A stretch of 64,000 bases of DNA, from positions 39,060,001 through 39,124,000 of the forward strand of contig OZ024752.1 of assembly GCA_964016885.1 (NCBI GenBank). The letters run 5' to 3'. Positions within the stretch are counted from its first letter, which is position 1. Each line of letters opens with the position of its first letter. A program made the translations under genes and the position numbers. The notes under the pieces were generated by a model that made no database searches, was not told where the DNA came from, and saw nothing but the letters and a program-made list of their open reading frames with translations. This document shows positions 14,435 through 29,380 of this stretch, piece after piece. The DNA comes from Eledone cirrhosa (lineage: Eukaryota).

Positions 14435-15029
14435 TATATATGTATATGTATATACACACACACAAACATATATATACACACACACACAAAAAGAAAATGA
14501 AATCTATCTTTTATTCTAATCGAGAATGAAATACTCTTAACGGTCTTCACAATATTTCTAAGTTTTTATGGCGAATTGTGTTGTTTGATTAAAGTAATAT
14601 TAAAACGACAAAGTCTGAAAATGAATGGCGCAGGTTCGTTCACCTGGTCCTTCCGGTCTAGTAGTTCCGGCAAATACATTTGCTTTTAGATTTATTAATT
14701 TACTATTACTGTTCAACTCGATTCCCAAAAGAAATTATTGAAAAAACAGTCGTTACTATCGTTACTCTGATCTTTCATTCACAACTTTATTCAAAGTGGT
14801 TTTTACAAGACTTGAATAACTTTTGGTTTGTGTTGTTGTTGCTTTTGTAAACAACAGTGAGGTGTACAAACATGTAATGTTGAGGTCTGGGCAATTAGGT
14901 CGAAATGTCGAGAATTTTCTCGACTACATATCGAAACGTTTACAGTTTTCAATCTTAACATAGTTTCACAAATATATATATATAAATACAAATATACATA
15001 CATGTATATATGTGTATATATATATATAT

Positions 15030-15625
15030 CTGCTGCTACACCGTCTTTTTCGTTCTATGTATCTTTACCCTTTCTAGTAGTCTCTCTCTCTGTTAGCCTC
15101 TTCCTCACCTCACCCTTCACTCACTCATTCTCTGTCACTACCTCTCCTCCTCCTCCTCCTCTTTCTTCCCGTTTGACCTGTGAGTAACTCTTTTCTCTCA
15201 CATTCTCGGCCAAGCTGGTCGGAATTTTTTTCTCTCTCGTCTACGATTTCACAGAACTTATGTTTACCGAATTCGCAGACCAGACCCCTTCTTCCTCCCG
15301 TTAGACCTGTGCGAAATTCCTTCCTTGCTCACATTTCAACCAGGTTTGATGGTCTTTATTCTCTCGTTCACGATTTCACCGAACTTAAATTCATAGAAAT
15401 CTGGGACTTGTCTCCTTCTTCCTCACTTTCTGTTGCCTCACCATTTTGTTTGTTTACCCTCGCGTCCCCTTTATTTACGTGTCCCAACGACTTTTTTTAG
15501 CCGTTGCTCGCACCAACCGGAGGTATATGATCTTTAAAGCGATGAAATGCCTATGATAGTTGGAAGATCACTGATGAAGGACAAACTTTTTTCATATGTA
15601 ACCCATTTGCAACTCCGCAGCGCCC
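15030..15625 (+). repeat. Unclassified dispersed repeat; diverged copies at 41528-41970 (+) and 7515-7650 (-)
   Basis: Shared TTGCTCGCACCAACC..ATCACTGAYGAAGGAC..CATATGTAACCCAT blocks. Confidence 0.6.
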
Positions 15626-15641
15626 TTATTATCATATTTAC

Positions 15642-15796
<155 letters not shown>

Positions 15797-15966
15797 AATA
15801 TATATATATATATACACATACATACACACATACATACAGAATTTTCTCGACTACATATCGAAACGGTTATAGTTTTCAATCTTGACATAATTTCACAAAT
15901 ATATATATATATATATATATATAAATACAAACATACATACATGCATATATATATATATATATATAT

Positions 15967-16309
<343 letters not shown>

Positions 16310-16334
16310 TACATACATACATACATACATATAT

Positions 16335-16371
<37 letters not shown>

Positions 16372-16470
16372 CATTCATACATAAATACATACATACATAT
16401 ATATATATATACACATACATACACACATACATACATATATATATATATATATACATACATACACACATAC

Positions 16471-16523
<53 letters not shown>

Positions 16524-16726
16524 CACATAAATACATACATACACACACATATATAATAATAGAACACTGGAGGGTTATATCCATGGGACGAGTTTGGTAG
16601 AAGTAGTTCCACAAAAGTTAGTTCACCATTTCCGAGAACAAAAGCTTCACCTTATGCAGATCCTCAGAGACCGAGATGAGGAACTGTTGTGGAACTACTT
16701 ATATATATCTTATATATATATATATA

Positions 16727-17712
16727 CTAGCATTAAAGCCCGGCGTTGCTCGGGGTCATTAAGTTACCAAAGTTAGGTTGCACCACCCATTTTATGGCAG
16801 CACTTTTTTCTCTGCCAGGCACTGGGTGAATGAATTGCAGACCTGGAAGCAGGAGCTGCGCCAGCAGTGACAATTGTAGTTTCGCCTATGGATATTATCT
16901 CTGTGCAAAAAATGTTGAAATTTATTGTTTCACAGTACTTGCGCAACACGCGCGTAGACGATGCCAGCCGAACAACAGAGCTGCGATGGAGTTGTTCTGC
17001 ATGGTTGTCTGTGTGTTTTCTAAATTTAAGACAGTAGGGAGGGTTGTGATATGAGGGAGAGTTAGCTGTTGTTTCTAGCAGGTTTAGTGACCTCATAGAG
17101 AATATGTGTTTTCTAAATTTAAGACAGTAGGGAGTGGTGTGATATGGGGGAGAGTTAGCTGCTGTTTCTAGCAGGTTTAGTGACCTCATAGAGGATATGT
17201 GTTTTCTAAATTTAAGACAGTAGGGAGTGGTGTGATATGGGGGAGAGTTAGCTGCTGTTTCTAGCAGGTTTAGTGACCTCATAGAAGATATGTTTTCTAA
17301 ATTTAAGACAGTAGGGAGGGGTGTGATATGGGGGAGAGTTAGGTGCTGTTTCTAGCAGGTTTAGTAACCTCATAGAGGATATGTGTTTTCTAAATTTAAG
17401 ACAGTAGGGAGTGGTGTGAACGGACAGTATCATCATCAAGCTTGGAAAGAGAAAGTAGCAGAAAGTATGAAGTTGTATAGATTTTGAATGGTAGTAGAAA
17501 GAGTTCAGCAGTTTAAATGAGAGAGAAATATCGTAAAATATTGAGTTTTATCTATTTTTTGCGTAATTGTGGGTGAAATTGAAAAAATTATCTGCGTCAA
17601 GACGCAATCGAAGCTATTTCGAATACTGAATTGTAAATTTCAATTGAAGAAATTCTATATCGTAGATTTCTATAACGAAGGAGCATGACCACACACTGAG
17701 CTTTATAGATTA

Positions 17713-17715
<3 letters not shown>
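16727..17715 (-). mobile_element. Non-autonomous Helitron with internal 93-bp tandem repeats
   Basis: Minus strand starts A|TCATAATCTATAAAG. The 3' end has hairpin CCCGAGCAACGCCGGG and CTAG|T at 16727-16730. Confidence 0.7.
17010..17418. repeat. ~93-bp tandem repeat, ~4.4 units
   Basis: TTTCTAAATTTAAGACAGTAGGGAG..GACCTCATAGAG repeated, with 31-aa periodicity in the ORF track. Confidence 0.95.
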
Positions 17716-17806
<91 letters not shown>

Positions 17807-17965
17807 CCAAAGATTAATATGGTTCATTGATTACTCAATGAATATAGTTTTACAATAGATTAAAATTATTTGTGGTATATAAATGTTGAGATTTGTTGTA
17901 ATAAATCACTGCCAATACTGGAATTGAACCATCAAGACCGTTGAGGTATGTCATACATCAATTCA

Positions 17966-18036
17966 TATATTTTATCTGATGAGGACGTACTGAAAAAACA
18001 GCACAGTACCTTCGAAATATATATAATAAAACATAT
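17966..18036 (+). ncRNA. Type I hammerhead ribozyme (minimal stem III)
   Basis: Stem I UUUUAU/AUAAAA. CUGAUGA at 17976-17982. Stem II GGA-C-GUACUG/CAGUAC-C-UUC. GAAA-U-AUAU-AUA. Confidence 0.75.
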
Positions 18037-18080
18037 ATTTTGATTATGTGAATGTTTTCATTTATTAATATTTTGAATAG

Positions 18081-18123
<43 letters not shown>

Positions 18124-18227
18124 ATATATATATATCATCCACAGAGGAACGGCGGTTATTAAACTGCAAGGATTGCATAGTGAAATGTACAGGGGTCGGG
18201 TGAAAAGTTCCTAATCTAAAAAGTTTA

Positions 18228-19702
18228 TAGATTCAGCATGACACACTGTGTGAAAAGATGGCCGTGAGATTCAGCATGACACACTGTGTGACAAAGGTGG
18301 CCGTGAGATTCAGCGTGACACACTGTGTGACAAAGATGGCCGTGAGATTCAGCGTGACACACTGTGTGACAAAGGTGGACGTGAGATTCAACGTAACACA
18401 CTGTGTGACAAAGGTGGCCGTGAGATTCAGCGTGACACACTGTGTGACAAAGGTGGTCGTGCGATTCAGCGTGACACACTGTGTGACAAAGGTGGCCGTG
18501 AGATTCAGCTTGACACACTGTGACAAAGGTGGCCGTGAGATTCAGCGTGACACACTGTGTGACAAAGGTGGCCGTGAGATTCAGCGTGACACACTGTGTG
18601 ACAAAGGTGGCCGTGAGATTCAACGTGACACACTGTGTGACAAAGGTGGCCGTGAGATTCAGCGTGACACACTGTGTGACAAAGGTGGCCGTGAGATTCA
18701 GCGTGACACACTGTGTGACAAAGGTGGCCGTGAGATTCAGCGTGACACACTGTGTGACAAAGGTGGCCGTGAGATTCAGCGTGACACACTGTGTGACAAA
18801 GGTGGCCGTGAAATTCAGCGTGACACACTGTGACAAAGGTGGTTCTGAGATTCAGCGTGACACACAGTGTGACAAAGGTGGCTCTGAGATTCAGCTTGAC
18901 ACACAGTGTGACAAAGATGACCCAGAGATTCAGCTTCACTCACTGTGTGACAAAGATGACCCAGAGATTCAGCTTGACTCACTGTGTGACAAAGATAACC
19001 CAGAGATTCAGCGTGACTCACTGTGTGACAAAGATGACCCAGAGATTCAGCTTCACTCACTGTGTGACAAAGATGACCCAGAGATTCAGCTTGACTCACT
19101 GTGTGACAAAGATGACCCAGAGATTCAGCTTGACACACTGTGTGACAAAGATAACCCAGGGATTCCGCGTGACACACTGTGTGACAAAGATGACCCAGAG
19201 ATTCAGCTTGACACACTGTGTGACAAAGATGACCCAGAGATTCAGCTTGACTCACTGTGTGACAAAGATAACCCAGGGATTCAGCTTGACTTACTGTGTG
19301 ACAAAGATAACCCAGGGATTCAGCTTGACTCACTGTGTGACAAAGATAACCAGGAGATTCAGCGTGACTCACTGTGTGACAAAGATGACCCAGAGATTCA
19401 GCTTGACTCACTGTGTGACAAAGATGACCCAGAGATTCAGCTTGACTCACTGTGTGACAAAGATGACCCAGAGATTCAGCGTGACTCACTGTGTGACAAA
19501 GATAACCCAGATATTCAGCTTGACTCACTGTGTGACAAAGATAACCCAGAGATTCAGCTTGACACACTGTGTGACAAAGATGACCCAGAGATTCAGCTTG
19601 ACTCACTGTGTGACAAAGATGACCCAGAGATTCAGCTTGACTCACTGTGTGACAAAGATGACCCAGAGATTCAGCTTGACTCACTGTGTGACAAAGATAA
19701 CC
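18228..19702. repeat. 42-bp minisatellite, ~35 units, two sub-arrays
   Basis: AGATTCAGCGTGACACACTGTGTGACAAAGGTGGCCGTG-type units switch near 18840-18900 to ..GACAAAGATGACCCAG-type units. Confidence 0.95.
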
Positions 19703-20096
19703 ATTTCAATTACAAACACAACTCAGTTTTTGCCAATCGAGTGAACTCCGAGAAACGTAAAATAAATCTGATGAAACATAATATTATAAATATTGTTGTT
19801 ATACTTTTGACATCTACAATTACAATTTTTTTGCATTTATTTGGAAGTGTAACTCTTTACAAATAGATCACATATATAATACGTATTTCTGGACGTTTTC
19901 GCTTTAATTGTTTGGCATCAACAATAGCTTGTGAACGGCAATAAGTTAATGTACTGAAACGATACCAAGGGACTCTGTTGCTAATACAACAAAATAATAA
20001 TATCTATAAGGAGGGAAAAAAATGTATTTGTAAAAACATTTTGCTGAATTTGGTTATTAGCAATTATTACTAGATTCCCAATTGTACCGGTTTATC

Positions 20097-20600
<504 letters not shown>

Positions 20601-20809
20601 TTGTGGGGGGGGGGGGGGGGTTAATATTTTTAATGAATCTTTTCAAGTATAAGTCGTCCTGGTCATTCGAAATCAATTAATTGCAATTGAGCCGCTGCGG
20701 TTATGGACATAGGTCAGTCCAGCCGTTGTATATCTGCCTGTTTGTAGATCAATCAACCAATCACCTAGATACTCTGTCTGTCTGACTGCCTGTCTGCTTG
20801 CCTGTCTGC

Positions 20810-21197
20810 AAGAAGAAGAAGAAGAAGAAGAAGAAGAAGAAGACCAACAACAACAGCGATATTAACAACAACAACAACAACAACGACAACGACAACAACA
20901 ACAACAGCAACAACAACAACAATGACGACAACAACAACAACAATGACGACAACAACGTCAACAACAACAACGACAACAACAACAACGACGACAACAACAA
21001 CGACGACAACAACAACAACAATGACGACAACAACAACAACAACAACAACAACGACGACGACGACGACAACAGCAACAACAACAACAACAACGACACCAAC
21101 AACAACAACAACGACACCAACAACATCAACAACAACGACAACGACACCAACAACAACAACGACAACAACAACGACACCAACAACAACATCAACAACG

Positions 21198-21236
<39 letters not shown>

Positions 21237-21244
21237 GCAGCAGC

Positions 21245-21315
<71 letters not shown>

Positions 21316-21405
21316 CGGCAACAACAACAACAACAACAACAACAGAAACAGCAACAACAACAACAACGACAACAACAACAACAACAATAACAACAACAAC
21401 AACAA
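20810..21405. repeat. (AAG)n plus (AAC/GAC)n trinucleotide tract
   Basis: Directly visible. It is the source of the poly-N/T/V/L ORFs. Confidence 0.95.
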
Positions 21406-21488
21406 AGGCGACGAAAATAACTAGTAAAAACATTATTTGCTTAGATCCTAAATCTATGAAATCGTCAAATCATTTCCCTTTCATTGCC

Positions 21489-21783
21489 CAGGCATGGGCA
21501 ACCTGTTTTCGAGAAGCGGGTCGCATGAGATACAGCTCATCATCAGGTGGGCCACAAGTGCTAATTTGCATTCATGCCCACATTTAAAAAAAAAGGGCGG
21601 TAACTCAGGTTGTTTTGATTTGTTTCTTCAGAATTCCTACACGTTGTTTTCCTCGATCGTAAAAATGGTAGAAAGATAAATTACGACTGAAAAGTTGGGG
21701 CAAAAAAACCCAGAAAGATTTCACTTAGGTGACTTAGGCGAGCCATTCAGAAAGCTTCGTGGGCCGCAGGTTTCCCATGACTG
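21489..21783. mobile_element. hAT-like MITE
   Basis: TIRs CAGGCATGGGCAACCTG / CAGGTTTCCCATGACTG with subterminal GGGCCGCA motifs. The TSD is degenerate. Confidence 0.6.
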
Positions 21784-21854
21784 CTATAGCCCTTCAGAAA
21801 GTGATGACTGTTACAATTTTCTTTTGTCCCTTCTGTATATATATATATATATAT

Positions 21855-22202
21855 ATAAAATATTAAAAAAATAATGAATAAAACAAAGAAACAGTTCCTT
21901 ATATTAAACAAAAAAAGTTCATTATTTAACGATCGTTTCTAGGACATATATGTGTTAGAATTGGCATGCATATTCAAAAGATCTATGTACAAAATTATAC
22001 AAACTATCAAGGAGAATATACATACCATCACATATGTATATTCTCCTTGATAGTTTGTATAATTTTGTACATAGATCTTTTGAATATGCATGCCAATTCT
22101 AACACATATATGTCCTAGAAACGATCGTTAAATAATGAACTTTTTTTGTTTAATATAAGGAACTGTTTCTTTGTTTTATTCATTATTTTTTAAATATTTT
22201 AT
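21855..22202. repeat. ~170-bp-arm near-perfect palindrome (8-nt loop), fold-back PLE-tail type
   Basis: Arms 21855-22024 and 22033-22202. Each carries GAAAC-GATC-GTT, resembling a hammerhead 3' half. The left end abuts (TA)n and the right side has an unpaired extension. Confidence 0.9.
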
Positions 22203-22325
22203 CTTGACTCTGTATTCCGTTTATCTTTCACCGAAAGTGATTTTTGAATGCATCTCTTCTTTCCATGATATCCGGATTACATTGAGTTCTTCATACGGAT
22301 TGGACACTACCGTAAACTTTTGGTA

Positions 22326-22431
<106 letters not shown>

Positions 22432-23074
22432 ACCTTTTGCCTAAGTAATAACAAAAGATTATTGTACAATTGTAGTTCAGAGCTTCTCCATGACTCAATT
22501 TTTCAGACTCTAGCCCTTTCACCTCATTTATGATGTTGATGTTAATGATCTTAGGAATGACTAAATTCAATATCTTCAATATCTACAAATTGGGAGCCTT
22601 TATGTTTACTGAAAAGAAATCAATAATATGAACACAATCCTTGATAATCTCTTTCCATAAGAAGGCAATATTAATCAACGTTGTAGAAAATCCCTCAAAA
22701 TGTCAGCTTGGTCAAATACCCAATAAAATTACGCTAGGAATAGTAATCAACAAACTGACAGAAATCACATAGAATTCAAACAAAATGGAGTACAACAAAT
22801 CAGATTTTTAACATCTGACCATTCAATTATGAAACATTGTCAACACTAATGGGGGAAAAACTGACATAACTCTACTGAATACGTTTGATCGTATTAGATA
22901 AGTAGAGCTCTACTATGTGAAACGGAACATACATGTAGATAGCGATCAAATAGAAGTATTCTAATTCACTGAATCAGGGTTCAGACAGTTCTGTTCTTCT
23001 GGAACGTGCTGATTTATCAACACAACTGTAGTAACATATTCTGCAGAAAGTATCACCTCGCACCTGAACCATTT

Positions 23075-23655
23075 TGAAGAGATCTGCTGAAGAGGAGGAA
23101 GCTGGGTGGACTCTCCAAACTTTAAAGAAGATCTGCTGATCACGGTGAAGAGGGAGGAAGCTGAGGTGGTATGGGCATGTTACAAGATCGGACGGAGTCT
23201 CGAAACTTTGAAGAAGATCTGCTGACCACGGTGAAAAAGGGAGGAAGCTGAGGTGGTATGGGCATGTTACAAGATCGGACGGAGTCTCGAAACTTTGAAG
23301 AAGATCTGCTGACCACGGTGAAAAAGGGAGGAAGCTGAGGTGGTATGGGAATGTTACAAGATCGGACGGAGTCTCGAAACTTTGAAGAAGATCTGCTGAC
23401 CACGGTGAAAAAGGGAGGAAGCTGAGGTGGTATGGGCATGTTACAAGATCGGACGGAGTCTCGAAACTTTGAAGAAGATCTGCTGACCACGGTGAAAAAG
23501 GGAGGAAGCTGAGGTGGTATGGGCATGTTACAAGATCGGACGGAGTCTCGAAACTTTGAAGAAGATCTGCTGACCACGGTGAAAAAGGGAGGAAGCTGAG
23601 GTGGTATGGGCATGTTACAAGAGTCTCCAAACTTTAAAGAAGATCTGCTGACCTC
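23075..23655 (+). repeat. 87-bp tandem repeat derived from an RTE LINE ORF, ~6.5 units
   Basis: The unit encodes EDLLTTVKK/RKLRWYGHVTRSDGVSK across a frameshift, an RTE C-terminal motif. Confidence 0.85.
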
Positions 23656-23813
23656 GGGTATATAAGCTCCTATAACGGGGAAAATCGGGCAACAACACGG
23701 GTGGGAATGGAACCCATACCAAATATTGTCCGGATAAATGTGCTAGATCTAACAGAGAGAGAGAGAGAGTGAGAGAGAGAGAGAGTGAGAGAGTGAGAGA
23801 GAGAGAGAGATAG

Positions 23814-23867
<54 letters not shown>

Positions 23868-24239
23868 AGAGAGAGAAAAAGAGAGAGAGAGAGAGAGTTT
23901 ACCTGAGTGAACATTAAAAGTTCCCTTTTATTTCCAACACAATGTTAGTAATGTGTTCTACATACAATATCCATTTGTGACTTATTCAATTTTATTAGTT
24001 CACTGATTTCTGCTATCTTTTTTTTTAATGTAATTTCTTAAGACTGCAGAAGTTTAAGTTTCATCAAATGGTCATTTCATTACTCTCTATGTTGGAATTC
24101 CTATAATATTTAAAAATAGAATTGGAATATTATGGAGAGAGAACGTTGCACCTGAGCTGATTGTTAAGATACCAGATTACTATTCAAATGGTGAACAATA
24201 GTATGGGATACAGTTACCCGTGTTGTACGTTGTTTAGAA

Positions 24240-24604
24240 TGTGAAAGACGTGTGGATTAGTGGTTAGATCGTCGGGTTAACAGTCGTGAGGGAATTAATG
24301 TTAACTTTGCTTTTAATCCTTACGGGGTCGATAAAATAAAGTACCAGTAATGTACTGGAATAATTGCTGGCCTTGTGCCAAACGTAGAAACAATTATTAT
24401 ATATGTATGTTATATATGTAGTGGATTGGCAGTAGAGGGTCGGACGCCATACTTTGCAGTATAGAGTTACGGTCCTTTACGTTCTGAGTTCAAATCCCGC
24501 CGAGGTTAACTTTGCCTTTCATCCTTATGGGGTCGATAAAATGAAGTACCAGTAATGCACTGGGATAATTGCTGGCCTTGTGCCAAACGCAGAAACAATT
24601 ATTA
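24240..24604 (+). mobile_element. Two tandem tRNA-derived SINE copies
   Basis: A and B boxes, GCCTTTCATCCTTA.GGGGTCGATAAAAT core and GCTGGCCTTGTGCC..AGAAACAATTAT tail. Confidence 0.85.
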
Positions 24605-24606
24605 TA

Positions 24607-24874
24607 CAGGGTGTCCATAAAGTCTTTTTACAATTTAAAAATATTTGTTTCTACTTTAGGCACAAGGCCAGCAATTACCCAGTGCATTACTGGTACTTTA
24701 TTTTACAATTTAAAAATATTATTACAAAAGCAAATGAACAAATATGACAAATATGTGGAAGTTAAAAGCAAACTTCAATATCCCCTCCACCTTTTGTAAC
24801 AATTTCCACATATTTGTCTGTTCATCAGCTTCTGTGATACATTTTTTAAATTGTAAAGAGACTTTATGGGCACC

Positions 24875-24877
<3 letters not shown>
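24607..24877. mobile_element. Tc1/mariner MITE with an inverted SINE tail inserted
   Basis: TA|CAGGGTGTCCATAAAGTC..GACTTTATGGGCACCCTG|TA. The SINE tail at 24641-24705 is flanked by a duplicated TTTTACAATTTAAAAATATT. Confidence 0.85.
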
Positions 24878-24949
<72 letters not shown>

Positions 24950-25224
24950 TCAGAACAAACAACACGGACACTCTATCTCAAAATTATTTTTGAAAAGCAT
25001 TTAGAAATGCGCAACCGGTAAACACTTAAAAACTTAAAACCACAACTGAATACTAACCCATACAATTACTAATACTCTTTTATTCCTAATTAAACCATTT
25101 TTCAACTGTGAACAATTTGTCAGCATTTTCTATTCCGTTTACCAATATATATATATATATATATATTAATATATTATATATATAAGCAAAGAGATATTTG
25201 TTGGTTATTCAACAAATTTATTTA

Positions 25225-25269
<45 letters not shown>

Positions 25270-25275
<6 letters not shown>

Positions 25276-25620
25276 AAGAACACAAGAGCGTCTACAACAT
25301 CAAAAGATTTTTATTGGCTTACAATGTTTCTTCCTTACGTAACCGTAGGATTCGTCAGAGCTATAAAAGGGGTTTGATTGGTGTTATGGAGTCTACCAAC
25401 CAAACATTCAAGAACAAAGAGTAAAGAGAGTAAAGAGCAAAAGTAGGGGACGATAAGTCTAATTTTGGTGCGGGAGGGTGGGGTGTGGGTCCTTGTTTAC
25501 TAGCTGCGGTCATATTCATTCCCGGGAGTCGGGTGGTTAGCTGAACCATAGATGGGGTGGCGTCGATAGTATGGTGCAGAGGGTGCGCAGAGGCTACACA
25601 AACACAAAGGGCATACAATA
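25270..25620 (-). mobile_element. Penelope-like 3' remnant
   Basis: The minus frame LTTRLPGMN resembles the GIY-YIG terminal L.T..P.GLN and is followed by a hammerhead. TA-flanked. Confidence 0.5.
25317..25362 (-). ncRNA. Hammerhead ribozyme variant
   Basis: GCU-CUGACGA-A-UCCU..AGGA-A-GAAAC-AUU-GUA-AGC, with stem I GCU/AGC. Confidence 0.7.
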
Positions 25621-25697
25621 TATATATATATATATAGCGGAGGAGAAAGTACATGAGGTAATTAGAAATGGAAAAAGAGTAATAATAATAATCTATA

Positions 25698-25815
25698 TCT
25701 TTAAGTCGTTTGGAAGCCTCGACAATGCAAATGGGTAAATCTCCGGGTAACAAGATTCGGTGGTGGAGAGAGATTTACCCATTTGCATTGTCGAAGCTTC
25801 CAAACGACTTAAAGA
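25698..25815. repeat. 46-bp-arm hairpin with 26-nt loop
   Basis: TCTTTAAGTCGTTTGGAAGC..AAATCTC / GAGATTT..GCTTCCAAACGACTTAAAGA, one mismatch. Confidence 0.85.
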
Positions 25816-25857
25816 AATTTACTTATTATTCCACAATGCTTCAAGCAAACTTCAATA

Positions 25858-25911
<54 letters not shown>

Positions 25912-25925
25912 GTATATGTATATAT

Positions 25926-26487
25926 GTCAGGTTACCAGTTGGTGCTACCGGTAACATGTATCCCAGTACAACCTGTCTCATGGTCGGGTCGTTGGCGACT
26001 AAACTGGCAACCCCACCAAGGTCTCTTGGGGAGGAGGGTGACTTTGGACATCCTGGAGGACTAAAAACAAAACCTGTCAAAGAGCAAAGGAGCTCTTAAG
26101 AGTCAATGGCCATCAGGCAGAATTCCAGGAGAAGGAAAACTCTGATATAACACCTGCAACTCTGATGGTATCCAATGATGTTTCTTTTTGGTAAATATCA
26201 TTTTGGTTAAGAGAGTGGGACTGGCTTTGTGCAGTGCCTTTGCTCACTATAAAAGCTTCACGGCACAGGCATTGCTTTATATCTGGAGATCTCTCTGCAC
26301 TTGTCGTCACATGGTACCATGGGCCCAGCACTATGTGTCAATAATTGTCACAAGTGTAGTGTTTGTACCAGAGTTTTCAAGTCGCTGGCTGGACTAAAAA
26401 GTCACGCTTGTTCAGCGCATCGGTAGGGGATATCCTACATGGATATAAAGTAGTGGCCGTACTCGAAAACGAGTTGGCAGCCACCAT
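25926..26487 (+). mobile_element. Family B non-autonomous element (RTE 5'UTR-like)
   Basis: Starts GTCAGGT after TA, contains CAGGAGAAGGAAAACTCTG and ends GCCACCAT plus (TA)n. Confidence 0.65.
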
Positions 26488-26488
26488 A

Positions 26489-26545
<57 letters not shown>

Positions 26546-26641
26546 TCTTTTACTCTGTTACCAGATCGAAACCGATGAGTGTCCCAGTTGTTCGACCAAC
26601 AGAACAGCTTTCTTAATAAAAGAGACAGTAACGGTAGAACG

Positions 26642-28181
<1,540 letters not shown>

Positions 28182-28182
28182 A

Positions 28183-29380
28183 GAAAGGAGTACAAACTCT
28201 TCGTACTCCTGGAGATGAGGGTTGCACATTTTTTCGGGGGTATGTGTTACCCATATGAACTGTCTCCCACTATTGGGGAAAATCGACTAATTTTTTAAAT
28301 TGCATTTGTGATAACATTTTACACGTTTTTATTGTATGTAAACTTCCCCCTTTGTATTTGTCTCCTTCTTTTGTGCTCCTGTGGCTAATAAAGAAACATA
28401 TCTATCTGTCTGTCTATCTATCTATCATTCCTGGAGATAAGGGTTGCACATTTTTTTTTCTGGGGTATGTGTTACCCATATAAACTGTCTCCCTCTATTG
28501 GGGAAAATCGACTAATTTTTTAAATTGCATTTGTGATAACATTTTACACGTTTTTATTGTATGTAAACTTCCCCCTTTGTATTTGTCTCCTTCTTTTGTG
28601 CTCCTGTGGCTAATAAAGAAACATATCTATCTGTCTAAGGGTTGCACATTTTTTTTTCTGGGGTATGTGTTACCCATATAAACTGTCTCCCTCTATTGGG
28701 GAAAATCGACTAACTTTTTAAATTCCATTTGTGATAACATTTTACACGTTTTTATTGTATGTAAACTTCCCCCTTTGTATTTGTCCCCTTCTTTTGTGCC
28801 CCTGTGGCTAATAAAGAAATATATCTATCTATTGGGTCGTCAAGTACGAAATTTGTAGAAAAAAAACAAAGTTTCATATGCCTCACTACTGGCCTGGCAG
28901 TGTTACCGAGGAGCTCTACCAGTTCGAGACAGAGATCCTGCCAAAAGGACCTGTCCAAGATGCGAGCAGGACATCGAAACCGTCCTGCATGCAATTGTTC
29001 GGTACCCAGGGGTGACCGACCTGTGGAATTATGTCGAACAGCTACTGTCACGTGTGGGACGCATCCAGTTGTCAGCCGAGTCCATCGTGAGGATCACCCC
29101 GCCACCTTCATTTAAGAATGAAGGAGAGGTGGTTTTCCTCTGTCTGGTGGCTATGGCGAAAGAGGTAATATGGTGGAGAGGTTAAACGGACTGAGGGCAA
29201 ACACCTTTCTCTTCGGACAACAACTCATCCCCTTCTTTAAATACCACTTCAGAAGGAAGGTGAGAGTGGAGAGAGAGGTGCTACACCCCAGTAAATTCGC
29301 TGAAAAGTGGGTGAATGTGGCGAAAATGGCCCGAGTGAATGGACCTTCTCTGTATATAAACCTGTAGGTTGAGGAAGACA
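28183..29380 (+). mobile_element. Tx1/L1-type LINE pieces: three tandem 3'UTRs plus an ORF2 C-terminal fragment
   Basis: Three copies end AATAAAGAAA.ATATCTATCT. 28830-29367 is a frameshifted homolog of the 29862-30464 ORF. Confidence 0.8.

Noticed and set aside
16620-16672. Possible minus-strand hammerhead CUGAGGA..GAAA
   Set aside because: No convincing stem II or cleavage triplet. Only the flanking 19-bp inverted repeat is kept, under the fold-back finding.
20761-21587. Poly-Asn/Thr mucin-like ORFs (also 27601-28183 and 60624-61562)
   Set aside because: Trinucleotide microsatellites open in most frames.
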